Positions 36,853 through 46,458 are shown, counted from the first letter of the stretch. The stretch: 64,000 nt of DNA from Parcubacteria group bacterium (GCA_016204045.1 JACQLQ010000001.1:106766-170765); one strand, 5' to 3'. Notes: generated by a model not told the origin, from the sequence alone. Program-made: numbers and translations.

Positions 36853-37986
36853 ATGAACATACCACCCCTTAAAGACATCTCAGATCTAAAAGGAAAGCGA
36901 GTACTCTTGCGTGCTGATTTCAACTTGCCGATTGTTGGAGGTGAGGTAAGAGACGATTTCCGTCTTAAGAAAGCTCTTCCGACGATAGCGTTCCTCCAAG
37001 AAAAGGGGGCAGAGATTATCATTCTTTCGCACCACTCTGATGCGGCACAAACACTCCATCCTGTTGCGAGACGTTTAAACGAAGAGTTTCCAACATACTT
37101 CGTAGAAGACATTTATAATGAAAACGAATTTGCAAAAGCGCGTGATATTGGAAAAAGAGGGACGAAGCACATTATTTTTTGTGAGAACCTTCGAAAGTGG
37201 CCTGGCGAAAAGGGGAATGATCCTGCTTTTGCGGGCCACCTCGCATCACTAGGTGATGTATATGTTAATGACGCATTTTCGGCATCGCACAGGAAACACG
37301 CCTCCGTGGTACTCCTCCCAACACTCCTGCCGTCGTATGCGGGAATGCTTTTTGAGGCGGAAGTGGAGGCGCTTTCTCGTGCATTTACACCGGAGCATCC
37401 CTTTCTTTTTATTCTTGGGGGTGCCAAAACTTCAACAAAACTTCCTGTAGCCGTGAAGCTTCTTTCCACCGCAGACTCCGTTTTTATCGGTGGCGCTTTA
37501 GCCAATACTTTTTTTAAAAAAATGGGATATGAAATCGGACGCTCCGTCTATGAAGATATGGACAAAGAAGTAGCTCTTCTCCTCGAGAGCAAAAAACTTA
37601 CGTTGCCCGTGGATGTTCTTGTTGACAATGAAGATGGCATTTTTGCCAAAAAACCAGATGAAGTTCTGCTAGGAGACAAAATATTGGATGCGGGCCCTGA
37701 AGCGGTTAAATTTCTTGAAGAAGAAATACGCAAAGCCGCATTTGTACTTTGGAATGGTCCACTGGGAGCGTATGAAGAAAAAGGGTTCGCGCATACTACA
37801 GAAGTATTGATTCAAGCAATCACAAAGAGCAAGGCATACTCCGTTGTTGGCGGCGGTGACACAATCGCAGTTATTTCTAGCATGGGCTTGGAAGACAAGT
37901 TTGGTTTTCTCTCAACCGCCGGGGGCGCAATGCTCGTCTTTTTGTCAGAGGGGACATTGCCAGGTATAGAAGCGTTAAAAAAGTAA
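36853..37986 (+). CDS. pgk: Phosphoglycerate kinase
   Basis: RADFNLP, NDAFSASHR, GGAK, WNGPLG, GGGDT and STAGGA motifs. Confidence 0.96.
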   Translation: MNIPPLKDISDLKGKRVLLRADFNLPIVGGEVRDDFRLKKALPTIAFLQEKGAEIIILSHHSDAAQTLHPVARRLNEEFPTYFVEDIYNENEFAKARDIGKRGTKHIIFCENLRKWPGEKGNDPAFAGHLASLGDVYVNDAFSASHRKHASVVLLPTLLPSYAGMLFEAEVEALSRAFTPEHPFLFILGGAKTSTKLPVAVKLLSTADSVFIGGALANTFFKKMGYEIGRSVYEDMDKEVALLLESKKLTLPVDVLVDNEDGIFAKKPDEVLLGDKILDAGPEAVKFLEEEIRKAAFVLWNGPLGAYEEKGFAHTTEVLIQAITKSKAYSVVGGGDTIAVISSMGLEDKFGFLSTAGGAMLVFLSEGTLPGIEALKK

Positions 37987-38064
37987 CAAAGGACGGCGTG
38001 TAATCGCATTGACACACAGGCCCCTCAAGCGCATACTCCATCCAGACGGATAGGGGTTGCAAAC

Positions 38065-38526
38065 ATGAGAAGCGCTGGTTTTTTCGCTGTCTCCGTGATC
38101 AGATCCTTTCTGGTAGTGACCGCCTGTTTTCTGTTGCTATCTTTTTGGAGGGTTGTTTTCCCTGAAACGATTATCTCTCCGGAAAGCGGATTTCGCATTA
38201 CCAGAGCTGATACGCCCTACATCTTGTGGACTGAAGTTGAGTATCGTTTTGACGGAGTGAATGGACGGGGCACAGTTTCAAGACATGGCCTCGGTCCTAG
38301 CTTTTACGTAACGTACGATTACATGTGCGCGTGCGTAACCTATTTTTATGACTACCGGAGCGAGCGTACAGTGAGTTATCATCCGTCGAGCCGCACTTAT
38401 CGGCTTGACGATGGAATTTCTGACAGAGAAGTGCCGTTCGATGTTGTGAGAGATGATCTCGATCGTGCGATATTGTTCTACGCAAGATACTCGACCAAAT
38501 ATTGGCCCAAAGAATACACGGTTTAG
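38065..38526 (+). CDS. Membrane-anchored hypothetical protein
   Basis: N-terminal TM helix; own putative promoter (TTGACA at 38009) and terminator. Confidence 0.55.
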   Translation: MRSAGFFAVSVIRSFLVVTACFLLLSFWRVVFPETIISPESGFRITRADTPYILWTEVEYRFDGVNGRGTVSRHGLGPSFYVTYDYMCACVTYFYDYRSERTVSYHPSSRTYRLDDGISDREVPFDVVRDDLDRAILFYARYSTKYWPKEYTV

Positions 38527-38581
38527 TACAAACACAAAACTCGGTCCGATTATGGTCGGACCGAGTTTTTATAAGAGTGTT

Positions 38582-38950
38582 TTACAAAGCAAGATTCTGT
38601 CGTATTTTCTCTGCATTGCCGGCAAAATCTTTTTTGTCCCCCGTCGCTTCATATGCCATCGGGAAGAGCCATACATGTGCGTGTGGCACCTCTTCTCCCA
38701 TCACTTTCATCCACACCGTGTCTGTCCCAAATGTTCCCTGAATTGCACGGGCAATTTTTTTAACAAGAAGAAAATATTCTGCAAAGTTCTCTACGTCCCA
38801 CACATAGCGCACATGTTTTTTTGGAATCACTTGCACGTGCCCAGGCGCTTGCGGGTTGATGTCCATAAACGACACAAAGTCGTCGTTTTCGTACACAACT
38901 TCTGCGGGGATTTCTTTGTTTGCGATTTTGCAGAAAATACAATTTTCCAT
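38582..38950 (-). CDS. HIT family protein (HinT-like)
   Basis: CIFCKI, DINP..GH and VPHAHVW motifs. Confidence 0.9.
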   Translation of the reverse strand: MENCIFCKIANKEIPAEVVYENDDFVSFMDINPQAPGHVQVIPKKHVRYVWDVENFAEYFLLVKKIARAIQGTFGTDTVWMKVMGEEVPHAHVWLFPMAYEATGDKKDFAGNAEKIRQNLAL

Positions 38951-39082
38951 GTACTAAGTATCTCGCAGAAGACCACTCCCATGCAAGCGTCAGGGGTGGC
39001 TTGTCTCTGGAACCACGCCATATGAACCCTGCACCTAATCAAAAACCACTCGCGCGAGGCGAGTGGTGTGTTATGAGTGCCG

Positions 39083-39808
39083 TTAACCAACCCTTGACGT
39101 TTGACGATCTTCGCGCCAAATAATCTTCATGCTCGCCGTGGAGCCGATACGATTTGCTCCCGCCTCTATCATTTTGAGAGCATCACCATACGTTTTAATG
39201 CCACCTGATGCTTTGATACCCATATCTGGTCCAACAATTTTTCGTATGAGGCGGACATCTTCCAGCGTGGCGCCCGCAGTAGAAAATCCAGTTGATGTTT
39301 TCACAAAATCAGCCCCAGCCCTTTGAGCGATCTCACACGCAAGCTTTTTTTCGATCGCATTTAGGAGACAGGTTTCAATAATTGCCTTGAGGACCACCTT
39401 GTCTGGAGGAGCATTGCCACGATAGGTTTCTCGATACGTCTCGTCAATCCTTCTCCGCACTTCTCGAATTTCGTCTTCAACAGTGTCCACATCACCGTTT
39501 TTCAAGGCGCCGATATTTATGACCATATCGATTTCTTGCGCCCCATCTCGAACAGCAACGGCTGCCTCCAACGCCTTCGCATACTTCCCGTTCATTCCAA
39601 GGGGAAAGCCGATCACCGCGCATACTTTTGTGCTGTCTCCGTTCAGAAGATCTGCGCAGACCCGCACCCAATAGGGGTGTACGCAGACAGCAGCAAATCC
39701 CAAGCCAAAACCAAGTCCGCGGCTTTCCATGCAAAGACCTCTGATTTGCTGCTCCTTTGCATCGGGTCTAAGGAGTGTGTGATCAATGTAGCGCGCAATG
39801 TTCGACAT
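39083..39808 (-). CDS. deoC: Deoxyribose-phosphate aldolase
   Basis: IDHTLL, EIDMVIN, FVKTSTGF and KASGGI motifs. Confidence 0.95.
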   Translation of the reverse strand: MSNIARYIDHTLLRPDAKEQQIRGLCMESRGLGFGLGFAAVCVHPYWVRVCADLLNGDSTKVCAVIGFPLGMNGKYAKALEAAVAVRDGAQEIDMVINIGALKNGDVDTVEDEIREVRRRIDETYRETYRGNAPPDKVVLKAIIETCLLNAIEKKLACEIAQRAGADFVKTSTGFSTAGATLEDVRLIRKIVGPDMGIKASGGIKTYGDALKMIEAGANRIGSTASMKIIWREDRQTSRVG

Positions 39809-40038
39809 TTCGTGTCGCACCCGTGCCGTATCTACTGAGAACGTATCAGGATTATTGTGGGAACACAATAGCCGCAAAGCTCTCACCTCTAGATGCCTGT
39901 AGAAGGCAACCAAATGATTACGCAGTGCCCCCACAGTTGACTTTCTTGCTATATAGGAGTAGTATAGAAAGTAAGAAAAAGATTGCCCCCAGGGGCAGTT
40001 TTTTAGAGGTTTAGTGGTATAATCTAGAGAAGCTTTTT

Positions 40039-40221
40039 ATGGCAAAAATACTCAATTATCTCAAGGAAACCAAGATGGAAATGCGACACGTATCCTGGCC
40101 AACCAGGAAACAGGTTACGTATTTTACGATTCTCATTATTGTGATTTCACTTTTAACAGCGATTTTTCTCGGCTCCTTTGATGTAGCGTTAACACTACTT
40201 ATAGAGAAGTTTATTCTCTAG
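40039..40221 (+). CDS. secE: Preprotein translocase SecE
   Basis: EMRHVSWPT plus a TM helix, upstream of nusG. Confidence 0.93.
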   Translation: MAKILNYLKETKMEMRHVSWPTRKQVTYFTILIIVISLLTAIFLGSFDVALTLLIEKFIL

Positions 40222-40231
40222 CGGCTAACTT

Positions 40232-40777
40232 ATGAGTAGACAGCAACCAACACAAGAGAGAAGCTGGTACGCAATTCATACCTATTCCGGGTACGAAGAT
40301 GCTGTCGCCAGGAACTTAAAACAGCGTATCGAATCCCTCGGCATGGAGGACAAGATTTTTAATGTGGTCGTCCCCAAGGAAAAGAAAATTAAGATCAAGG
40401 GCGGTAAGCGCGTCGAAGAAGAAGAGAAGATTTACCCAGGATATGTCCTCGTCGACATGACGGTTACTGACGATTCGTGGTACGTTGTTCGTAACACGCC
40501 GCGCGTGACCGGGTTCGTTGGCACGGGTGTGTATCCGGTACCGCTTCGCAAGGATGAAGTTGACTTCTTCTTCAAGCAAATGCAAACTGATGTAACGAAG
40601 CACGCCATTGATTTGGGAGTAGGCGAGCCCGTGGTCATCATCGACGGACCATTTAAAGAACAGGAGGGGAAGGTAAGCGAAGTAGACGAAGAGCGCGGCA
40701 AGGTAAAGGTCCTCGTCCCCATTTTCGGACGTGAGACACCCGTTGAACTCGACTTCCTCCAAGTAAAGAAAATCTAG
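40232..40777 (+). CDS. nusG: Transcription factor NusG
   Basis: [18 protein letters not shown] and [13 protein letters not shown]. Confidence 0.97.
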   Translation: MSRQQPTQERSWYAIHTYSGYEDAVARNLKQRIESLGMEDKIFNVVVPKEKKIKIKGGKRVEEEEKIYPGYVLVDMTVTDDSWYVVRNTPRVTGFVGTGVYPVPLRKDEVDFFFKQMQTDVTKHAIDLGVGEPVVIIDGPFKEQEGKVSEVDEERGKVKVLVPIFGRETPVELDFLQVKKI

Positions 40778-40787
40778 CAATCACTAT

Positions 40788-41210
40788 ATGGCAAAACTTA
40801 CACGTAAACTCAAACTACAACTTCCTGCTGGTGCAGCAACTCCTGCTCCGCCAGTTGGTACGGCATTAGGTCCTGCCGGTATTAACATTGGTGAATTTGT
40901 CACACGCTTTAACCAAGCGACACAGGACAAGAGAGGAAGCATCATTCCCGTAGAGATTTCTGTCTACGACGACCGAAGTTTCGATTTCATCTTAAAGACC
41001 CCTCCCGCTTCTGACCTATTGAAAAAGGCCGCTGGCGTAGAGAAGGGATCTGGCAAGAACACACTCGTTAAGGCAGGCAAAGTCAGCAAGGCGCAAGTTC
41101 GTGCTATTGCAGAAGAAAAAATGTCAGATCTGAACGCAAACGATGTGGATCAGGCGGCAAAAATCATTGCCGGAACAGCACGCTCGATGGGTATTGATGT
41201 AACTGAATAA
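40788..41210 (+). CDS. rplK: 50S ribosomal protein L11
   Basis: [12 protein letters not shown] and IAGTARSMG. Confidence 0.97.
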   Translation: MAKLTRKLKLQLPAGAATPAPPVGTALGPAGINIGEFVTRFNQATQDKRGSIIPVEISVYDDRSFDFILKTPPASDLLKKAAGVEKGSGKNTLVKAGKVSKAQVRAIAEEKMSDLNANDVDQAAKIIAGTARSMGIDVTE

Positions 41211-41214
41211 CTTT

Positions 41215-41258
41215 TTAACAAAACACGGTCCGACGATCGTCGGACCGTGTTTTGTTAA
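41215..41258 (+). terminator. Intrinsic terminator directly after rplK
   Basis: TTAACAAAACACGGTCCGACG / CGTCGGACCGTGTTTTGTTAA. Confidence 0.8.
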
Positions 41259-41320
41259 GGCGTTGTCTTTGTCTCAAAGATATAGTACCTTTGCCGTAGA
41301 AATAGTCGCGGGAGCTTACT

Positions 41321-42583
41321 GTGACTACGCGAACGGAAGTGTCAGTGCCAAGGCTAGAGGACTTCAACATCGCTCCTCGATGCGGGTTCCTGCCAGAGCG
41401 AGAGCCGCTCGAATTTTTTCAAGAAGATGGTGCGGGCGGTTACTGGCCATGGGCACGCGGAATTCAAGATGTCGCAAACGTACTCCCGAAACTTTTGACG
41501 ACAAAACATGTGCGCAGGTGTATTGCAGAGGAGGTCGAAGGCAAGTGGTCTTCACGCGATAATGAAAGAATCCTCAAGCTTTCCAAATCCGCCCAGCACT
41601 GCTTAATGCGCGTAGTCTCTTTTGTTGGCAATGCGTGGGTTCATGGTGGCATCATTGATATGTGGGGCAGTAAGGCAGAGGCGCATGTGCCAGAGTGGCT
41701 TGCTCAACCTTGGTGTCTCCTCGCAGAAGAGCTGGGCACTACGCCAACACTTTCATATGCGTGGTACGCGCTTCACAATTGGAAGCTTACCGATCCTTCA
41801 GGTCCGATCTCGCTTGAAAACGTCGTGCTCATCAATAATTTCCTTGGGGGACTCGACGAAGAGGGATTTGTGAAGGTTCATATCGCCGTCGAGGCCGCTT
41901 GGGCCAACCTTCCGCTTGCGACGACGCGTGCTATCAAGGCTGTTTTCGATGACGACCCGAGAGAGCTCGAAGATGCGCTTAAGAGCGTACGAGACGGGCA
42001 AAAAGCTGCTCTTCAAGAAATGGAGAAAATGTGGCAATGGTGTTCGCCAAAAGTGTATTATGACCGCGTGCGCCTTCACATTGCAGGATGGCATAACAAT
42101 CCCGCACTCCCGAATGGTATTGTCTATGAAGGGGTGGAAAAATTTGGAGGGAAGCCGCAGCAATTTGGCGGTGAAACGGGTGCGCAGAGCTCGGGTGTGC
42201 CTCTACAATACGCCTTACTCGGTGTTCAGCACGAGGATGATGCATTCCTCAAGTATCTCCTTGGGATGCGGCAACACATGCCGCGCGAACACCGAATGTT
42301 TATTGAGAAAATAGAAGAAGTGAGTCGATCAGGGCTTTCTATCCGTGAATACGTGCTCGTGCATAGGATTTCGCATCACTCACTCCTCAAGGTGTATCGA
42401 GAGTGCCTCGCCATGCTCGAAGCGTTTCTTGCGCTCCACTACCGGTTTGTTGAGGAATATATTGCTGCGCAGGAGCAAACACTTGCTTTCAACACCACAA
42501 AGTACGGGACCGGGGGCACACACGCGCTTCCGTACCTCATGAAGCACCTTGATCGCATCCGAGTATTAAGGGAGGAAACATAA
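41321..42583 (+). CDS. Indoleamine 2,3-dioxygenase family protein
   Basis: GFLP, LSYA.YAL.NW, DEEGF..VH..VE, GETGAQSS, proximal H..FV..YI and GTGGT motifs. Confidence 0.88.
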   Translation: MTTRTEVSVPRLEDFNIAPRCGFLPEREPLEFFQEDGAGGYWPWARGIQDVANVLPKLLTTKHVRRCIAEEVEGKWSSRDNERILKLSKSAQHCLMRVVSFVGNAWVHGGIIDMWGSKAEAHVPEWLAQPWCLLAEELGTTPTLSYAWYALHNWKLTDPSGPISLENVVLINNFLGGLDEEGFVKVHIAVEAAWANLPLATTRAIKAVFDDDPRELEDALKSVRDGQKAALQEMEKMWQWCSPKVYYDRVRLHIAGWHNNPALPNGIVYEGVEKFGGKPQQFGGETGAQSSGVPLQYALLGVQHEDDAFLKYLLGMRQHMPREHRMFIEKIEEVSRSGLSIREYVLVHRISHHSLLKVYRECLAMLEAFLALHYRFVEEYIAAQEQTLAFNTTKYGTGGTHALPYLMKHLDRIRVLREET

Positions 42584-42800
42584 CCACCGCCCACGGCACA
42601 TCCGTGGGTTTTTTATTGACCACGTACGAAGTCGCGAATGCCAATTACAAAGTGATGCAACACGGCATACACCACCTCCTCCTATTTTTTATCAAGAAAT
42701 TTCTATTTGTCTGTTCGCGTTCTACTTTGTACGTGGTTGACACCGTTATCGCAACTCTATACATTTGAAAAAGAAAAGTAGCAATGAAAAGAGAAAAAAG

Positions 42801-43697
42801 ATGCAACAGTATCTGGATGTCGTCAGAACTGTTTTGACAGAAGGGCAGTGGAAAATGCCGCCGCACGGCATACGTCGTCTCTCCGTCCCGGGGCTTACCA
42901 TGCGTTTCGATTTGGACGAGGGTTTCCCACTCATCACAACTCGCGATGTGAGGGGTTCGTGGAAGGCAATGCGCGCGGAGCTTCTCTGGCTTCTCTCGGG
43001 AAGCACGGATGCGAATGAACTTGCCGAAAGATTCGGCATCAAATTGTGGAAACAATGGGCAACCAAAGAAATTTGCTCGGCGTTTGGTCGTCCGGAAGGG
43101 CAGCTCGGCCCTCTTTACGGGCATCAGTGGCGCAATTTCGGGGCAACAGTAAAGAAGACAACTGCTACCGGACATACGCTTGAATACAATCAAGACGGTT
43201 TTGATCAGATTGCTTACATGATCAAACTCTTGAAGACGAATCCCGATTCGAGCCGCATTCGCGTGAGTGCTTGGAATCCAAGGGATGTTTGGAAAGAACC
43301 AGTGGAAGACTTCAACGAGAACGTATTCATTACCCCGTGCCACGGCACTTTCCAGATTTTTCACGCGCAAGGCGAATTGACGCTCATTCTTACCCAAAAC
43401 AGTGCTGACGTACCAGTCGGCGTTCCTTTCAACATTGCTGAATACGCGCTACTTCTTAAGATGATCGCACATGTGGTTGGGATGAAGGCAAAATGTCTTG
43501 TTCATGTGCTCAATGACGCCCAAATCTACGAGGATCAGATTGATAACATGAAGGAGCTCTTAGGGCGTGAGCCGCTTTCCCTGCCACAGGTGAACATAGT
43601 CCGCGATGTAAAAGACATCTTTTCCTTTGCTCCGGATGATTTCGAGCTCGTGGGGTACAACGCGCGTCCAAAGATGAACATTCCGGTCGCTGTATGA
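42801..43697 (+). CDS. thyA: Thymidylate synthase (divergent substrate site)
   Basis: GFPLITT, ELLW, GPLYGHQWR, DQI, PCH and VPFN motifs. Confidence 0.9.
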   Translation: MQQYLDVVRTVLTEGQWKMPPHGIRRLSVPGLTMRFDLDEGFPLITTRDVRGSWKAMRAELLWLLSGSTDANELAERFGIKLWKQWATKEICSAFGRPEGQLGPLYGHQWRNFGATVKKTTATGHTLEYNQDGFDQIAYMIKLLKTNPDSSRIRVSAWNPRDVWKEPVEDFNENVFITPCHGTFQIFHAQGELTLILTQNSADVPVGVPFNIAEYALLLKMIAHVVGMKAKCLVHVLNDAQIYEDQIDNMKELLGREPLSLPQVNIVRDVKDIFSFAPDDFELVGYNARPKMNIPVAV

Positions 43698-44149
43698 GCG
43701 AGGCAACACGCGATGCGGTACACATTAATGACTCTTCGCCGAACGAGGATTACAAAAAGGTTCTCCGGAGGATATTGAAAGATGGTGTGTGTCCCTTTTG
43801 CGAAGAGCACTTCAAGTACCATGACGAGGCTATTCTTCATCGGGTTGGCGATTGGGTTATCACCAGGAACCAATATTCGTATAAAAACGCGAAGTTAGCA
43901 CTTCTCATTTTGAATCCAAAGCGGCATCTTGAGAGGTATGAAGAACTTAGCCCCGCGGATCACCTTGCTATCTCAGAGCTCGTCTCTTGGGCAATCCGTG
44001 AGTTCCGTATCGAAGGTGGTGGTGTTGCACTTCGCTTTGGCGAGCCCAAGCACACAGGTGCATCAGTGCGCCATCTGCACGCACACCTCATTGTTCCAGA
44101 GATTGGGAAAGATGGTAAAGCGATCCCAGTGTACTTTCCGTTTGGATAA
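43694..44149 (+). CDS. HIT superfamily nucleotide hydrolase/phosphorylase
   Basis: CPFC and SVRHLHAHLI; ATGA overlap with thyA. Confidence 0.85.
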   Translation: MSEATRDAVHINDSSPNEDYKKVLRRILKDGVCPFCEEHFKYHDEAILHRVGDWVITRNQYSYKNAKLALLILNPKRHLERYEELSPADHLAISELVSWAIREFRIEGGGVALRFGEPKHTGASVRHLHAHLIVPEIGKDGKAIPVYFPFG

Positions 44150-44194
44150 CAAACATACAACAAAACTCCGTCATTACGACGGAGCTTTTTTAAA

Positions 44195-45046
44195 TCAGAT
44201 AACCTGCACAATCTCGACACCCTGTGAACGCATGACTGTTTCGCCGTCTAAGCTCGCGTGGCCTGAGCCGAAGAAACATTTGGTGATTCCAGAGAATGCA
44301 ATAAACTTTGCACACACTGGGCAAGGAAAGGTGGTCACATAGATGTGTGCTCCCTTGAGCGACACCCCTTCACGCGCGGCGCGGACGATCAAGGCCCACT
44401 CCCCATGTAGTGTTGTGGAGAGGTCGCTTCTCTGCCCTGCCTTAATGTAGTCTCGTGGATCCCCAAGAGCATACGGCATGTGTTCACTTGGAACATGACG
44501 GTTATGTTCCGCAAAGAGGACTGTCTTTCCGGAGACGGCTACTGCCCCCACATGTCTCCACCAGTCGGATGATTTTTCCGCCTCCCCTTTAGCGAGCTCC
44601 ATCATGGAGCGGTCAAATGCGTCATCAGATGTCCTATCGTGCGTGACGACTTTCTGCGAGAAGACAGAAGCCTCATCCCACCTCAAGAATACTTTGTCGA
44701 AGACGGGAGAGGCGTCAGCAAGATATTTTTCGGCGAACTTCCTGGAGATCTCTTCTTGGGGCAATATCACTCTTTTGCCCGCTAAACGCGTTAGTTCGTC
44801 CTTTGTAAGAACGCTGACGTTGGCTAGGAACAACGTGGAAATCAGTACTTTTACAACCGCCGGATTCAGTCCGCGTATCTCGGTATGGAGCGGCATTAAC
44901 TCTCCGACAAAATCTGCCCCAAGGATGAATACTTCACGTCCTCCATCCCCCAGAATCGTACCTGTCACGTTTCTATCGAAGAAATCAACGTACCCCTGAT
45001 GAAGAACAGGTACGTACGCGACGATCGCAATCTTCTTTTCACTCAC
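44195..45046 (-). CDS. dCMP deaminase-like protein with extra N-terminal domain
   Basis: C-terminal HGE and FPCPVC Zn motifs, VGAV; about 140-aa N-terminal extension. Confidence 0.85.
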   Translation of the reverse strand: MSEKKIAIVAYVPVLHQGYVDFFDRNVTGTILGDGGREVFILGADFVGELMPLHTEIRGLNPAVVKVLISTLFLANVSVLTKDELTRLAGKRVILPQEEISRKFAEKYLADASPVFDKVFLRWDEASVFSQKVVTHDRTSDDAFDRSMMELAKGEAEKSSDWWRHVGAVAVSGKTVLFAEHNRHVPSEHMPYALGDPRDYIKAGQRSDLSTTLHGEWALIVRAAREGVSLKGAHIYVTTFPCPVCAKFIAFSGITKCFFGSGHASLDGETVMRSQGVEIVQVI

Positions 45047-45609
45047 AGCTTGCCCAAAAGTTTGGCAATATTGTTTTTCAGGAGATTGCGGATCATGTCA
45101 GAGGTAGAAGTCTTCGCCTGCCGAGGAAGGACAATAACTTCTTTTGCTCCGTTGGCTTTGATTTCCTGAATCTGCCAGTCGGGGTAGCTGTCTTCCACCG
45201 CGATGAATACATCAGGTTGGACGAGCTTAAGAAGAGCGTATTGCCACTTACCCGCATCATCAACGTCGTCAATCAATGTGACGAGGTCAACGTTCAAGTA
45301 GCACAGAAGCTCCATTCTCTCGTCTTCGGGAACAGCTGGGCGGCCCGGGTCCTTGTATAGTTTCATGGTTCTGTCACTATCTACTCCGGCTATCAGCACG
45401 TCTCCGTGCTCTAACGCGGCCGCTAGGTAGCGTGCGTGGCCGATGTGATACAGATCCCAAGAGCCGATGGTCATGACGATTCTGTGACCCAACATTCGCC
45501 ACACCTCTACAACTTGGCGCACCTTATCGTAATCCAGTACGATCTTTCTGCGAAGATGCTTCACTGTATCGCATACCTGAGGTTCTTCCCGTGTCTCGGT
45601 CGTACTCAC
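45043..45609 (-). CDS. Cytidylyl/adenylyltransferase (HxGH, RfaE-II/TagD-like)
   Basis: GSWDLYHIGH, GVDSD, GRP..ER and STS motifs. Confidence 0.88.
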   Translation of the reverse strand: MSTTETREEPQVCDTVKHLRRKIVLDYDKVRQVVEVWRMLGHRIVMTIGSWDLYHIGHARYLAAALEHGDVLIAGVDSDRTMKLYKDPGRPAVPEDERMELLCYLNVDLVTLIDDVDDAGKWQYALLKLVQPDVFIAVEDSYPDWQIQEIKANGAKEVIVLPRQAKTSTSDMIRNLLKNNIAKLLGKL

Positions 45610-45680
45610 AGTATCCTCTTTTGCTAAGGGTCTAGCAGCATCTTATGGGTAGAAAAAAACGGCGTCAAGATTGACGTCGT

Positions 45681-46208
45681 TTAACTAACAGCACCCTTTC
45701 GTTCGTAGAGAATAAGCGTTGCGCTATGCTCACTTTTGTCATATCGGTTCGCAAAGGCGGCCTTATACGCGATATTCCACTCCGAAGGGTCAAGTTCCGG
45801 AAAGAATGCGTCACCTTCCGGCTCGGCATTAACAAGTGTGTAGTAGATGCGCGTGGCGTATGGCAAGAGGAGTTTGTAGATCTCTCCGCCACCAATGACA
45901 AAAACCTCACCCGCCTCATTTTCAAGGAGCGTTTCCAATTCTTCGATTGAGTGGGCAACAATACAGCCCGGTGCCGCAAAGTTTGCTTCACGAGCGAGCA
46001 CAATATTCTTTCTCTTGGGAAGCGGTTTTCCTAACTTTTCTACGATTGATTCATACGTCTTTCGTCCCTGTACCACCGTGCTCTCGGGTTGTCTAGTAGT
46101 GAGCCATTTGAAGTGCGCCATGTCATCGGGGAGATGCCATGGAATCTCGCCCTTATTGCCAATGCAACGATTCCTCGCGGCTGCTACGACGATCGAAAGA
46201 TTTCTCAT
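45681..46208 (-). CDS. folA: Dihydrofolate reductase
   Basis: IG..IPWHLPDD, GRKTYES, VIGGGEIY and GDAFFP motifs. Confidence 0.95.
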   Translation of the reverse strand: MRNLSIVVAAARNRCIGNKGEIPWHLPDDMAHFKWLTTRQPESTVVQGRKTYESIVEKLGKPLPKRKNIVLAREANFAAPGCIVAHSIEELETLLENEAGEVFVIGGGEIYKLLLPYATRIYYTLVNAEPEGDAFFPELDPSEWNIAYKAAFANRYDKSEHSATLILYERKGAVS

Positions 46209-46271
46209 TCTCGCTCCCTCAACCACACTACGTTCTGTAGTAAGCGTATGGTTTTTTGAAATAAGGTCAAG

Positions 46272-46403
46272 CCCCCACACCTTTCATGCTGTCGTTGTGC
46301 GGAGGACGATGATGCACTGACCAGTATGGAGCTCCGCAGACCGACGTGGAATATATAATTGTTCCCAAAAACAACAGTCCGCAACAGCACGAAAGGTGTG
46401 GGG
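46272..46403. repeat. ~130-bp element bounded by CCCCACACCTTTC inverted repeats
   Basis: CCCCACACCTTTCATGCTGT ... ACAGCACGAAAGGTGTGGGG; a solo arm also at 10383-10398. Confidence 0.65.
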
Positions 46404-46458
46404 TCAAGTTTAGCACCCCAATAGTGTTAGTGGTATTATGGTACTATCGGTTCAAGTC

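Noticed and set aside
38582-38950. HIT motif reads HAHVW instead of HxHxH
   Set aside because: A single substitution with the nucleophilic His retained; not enough to claim a new function.
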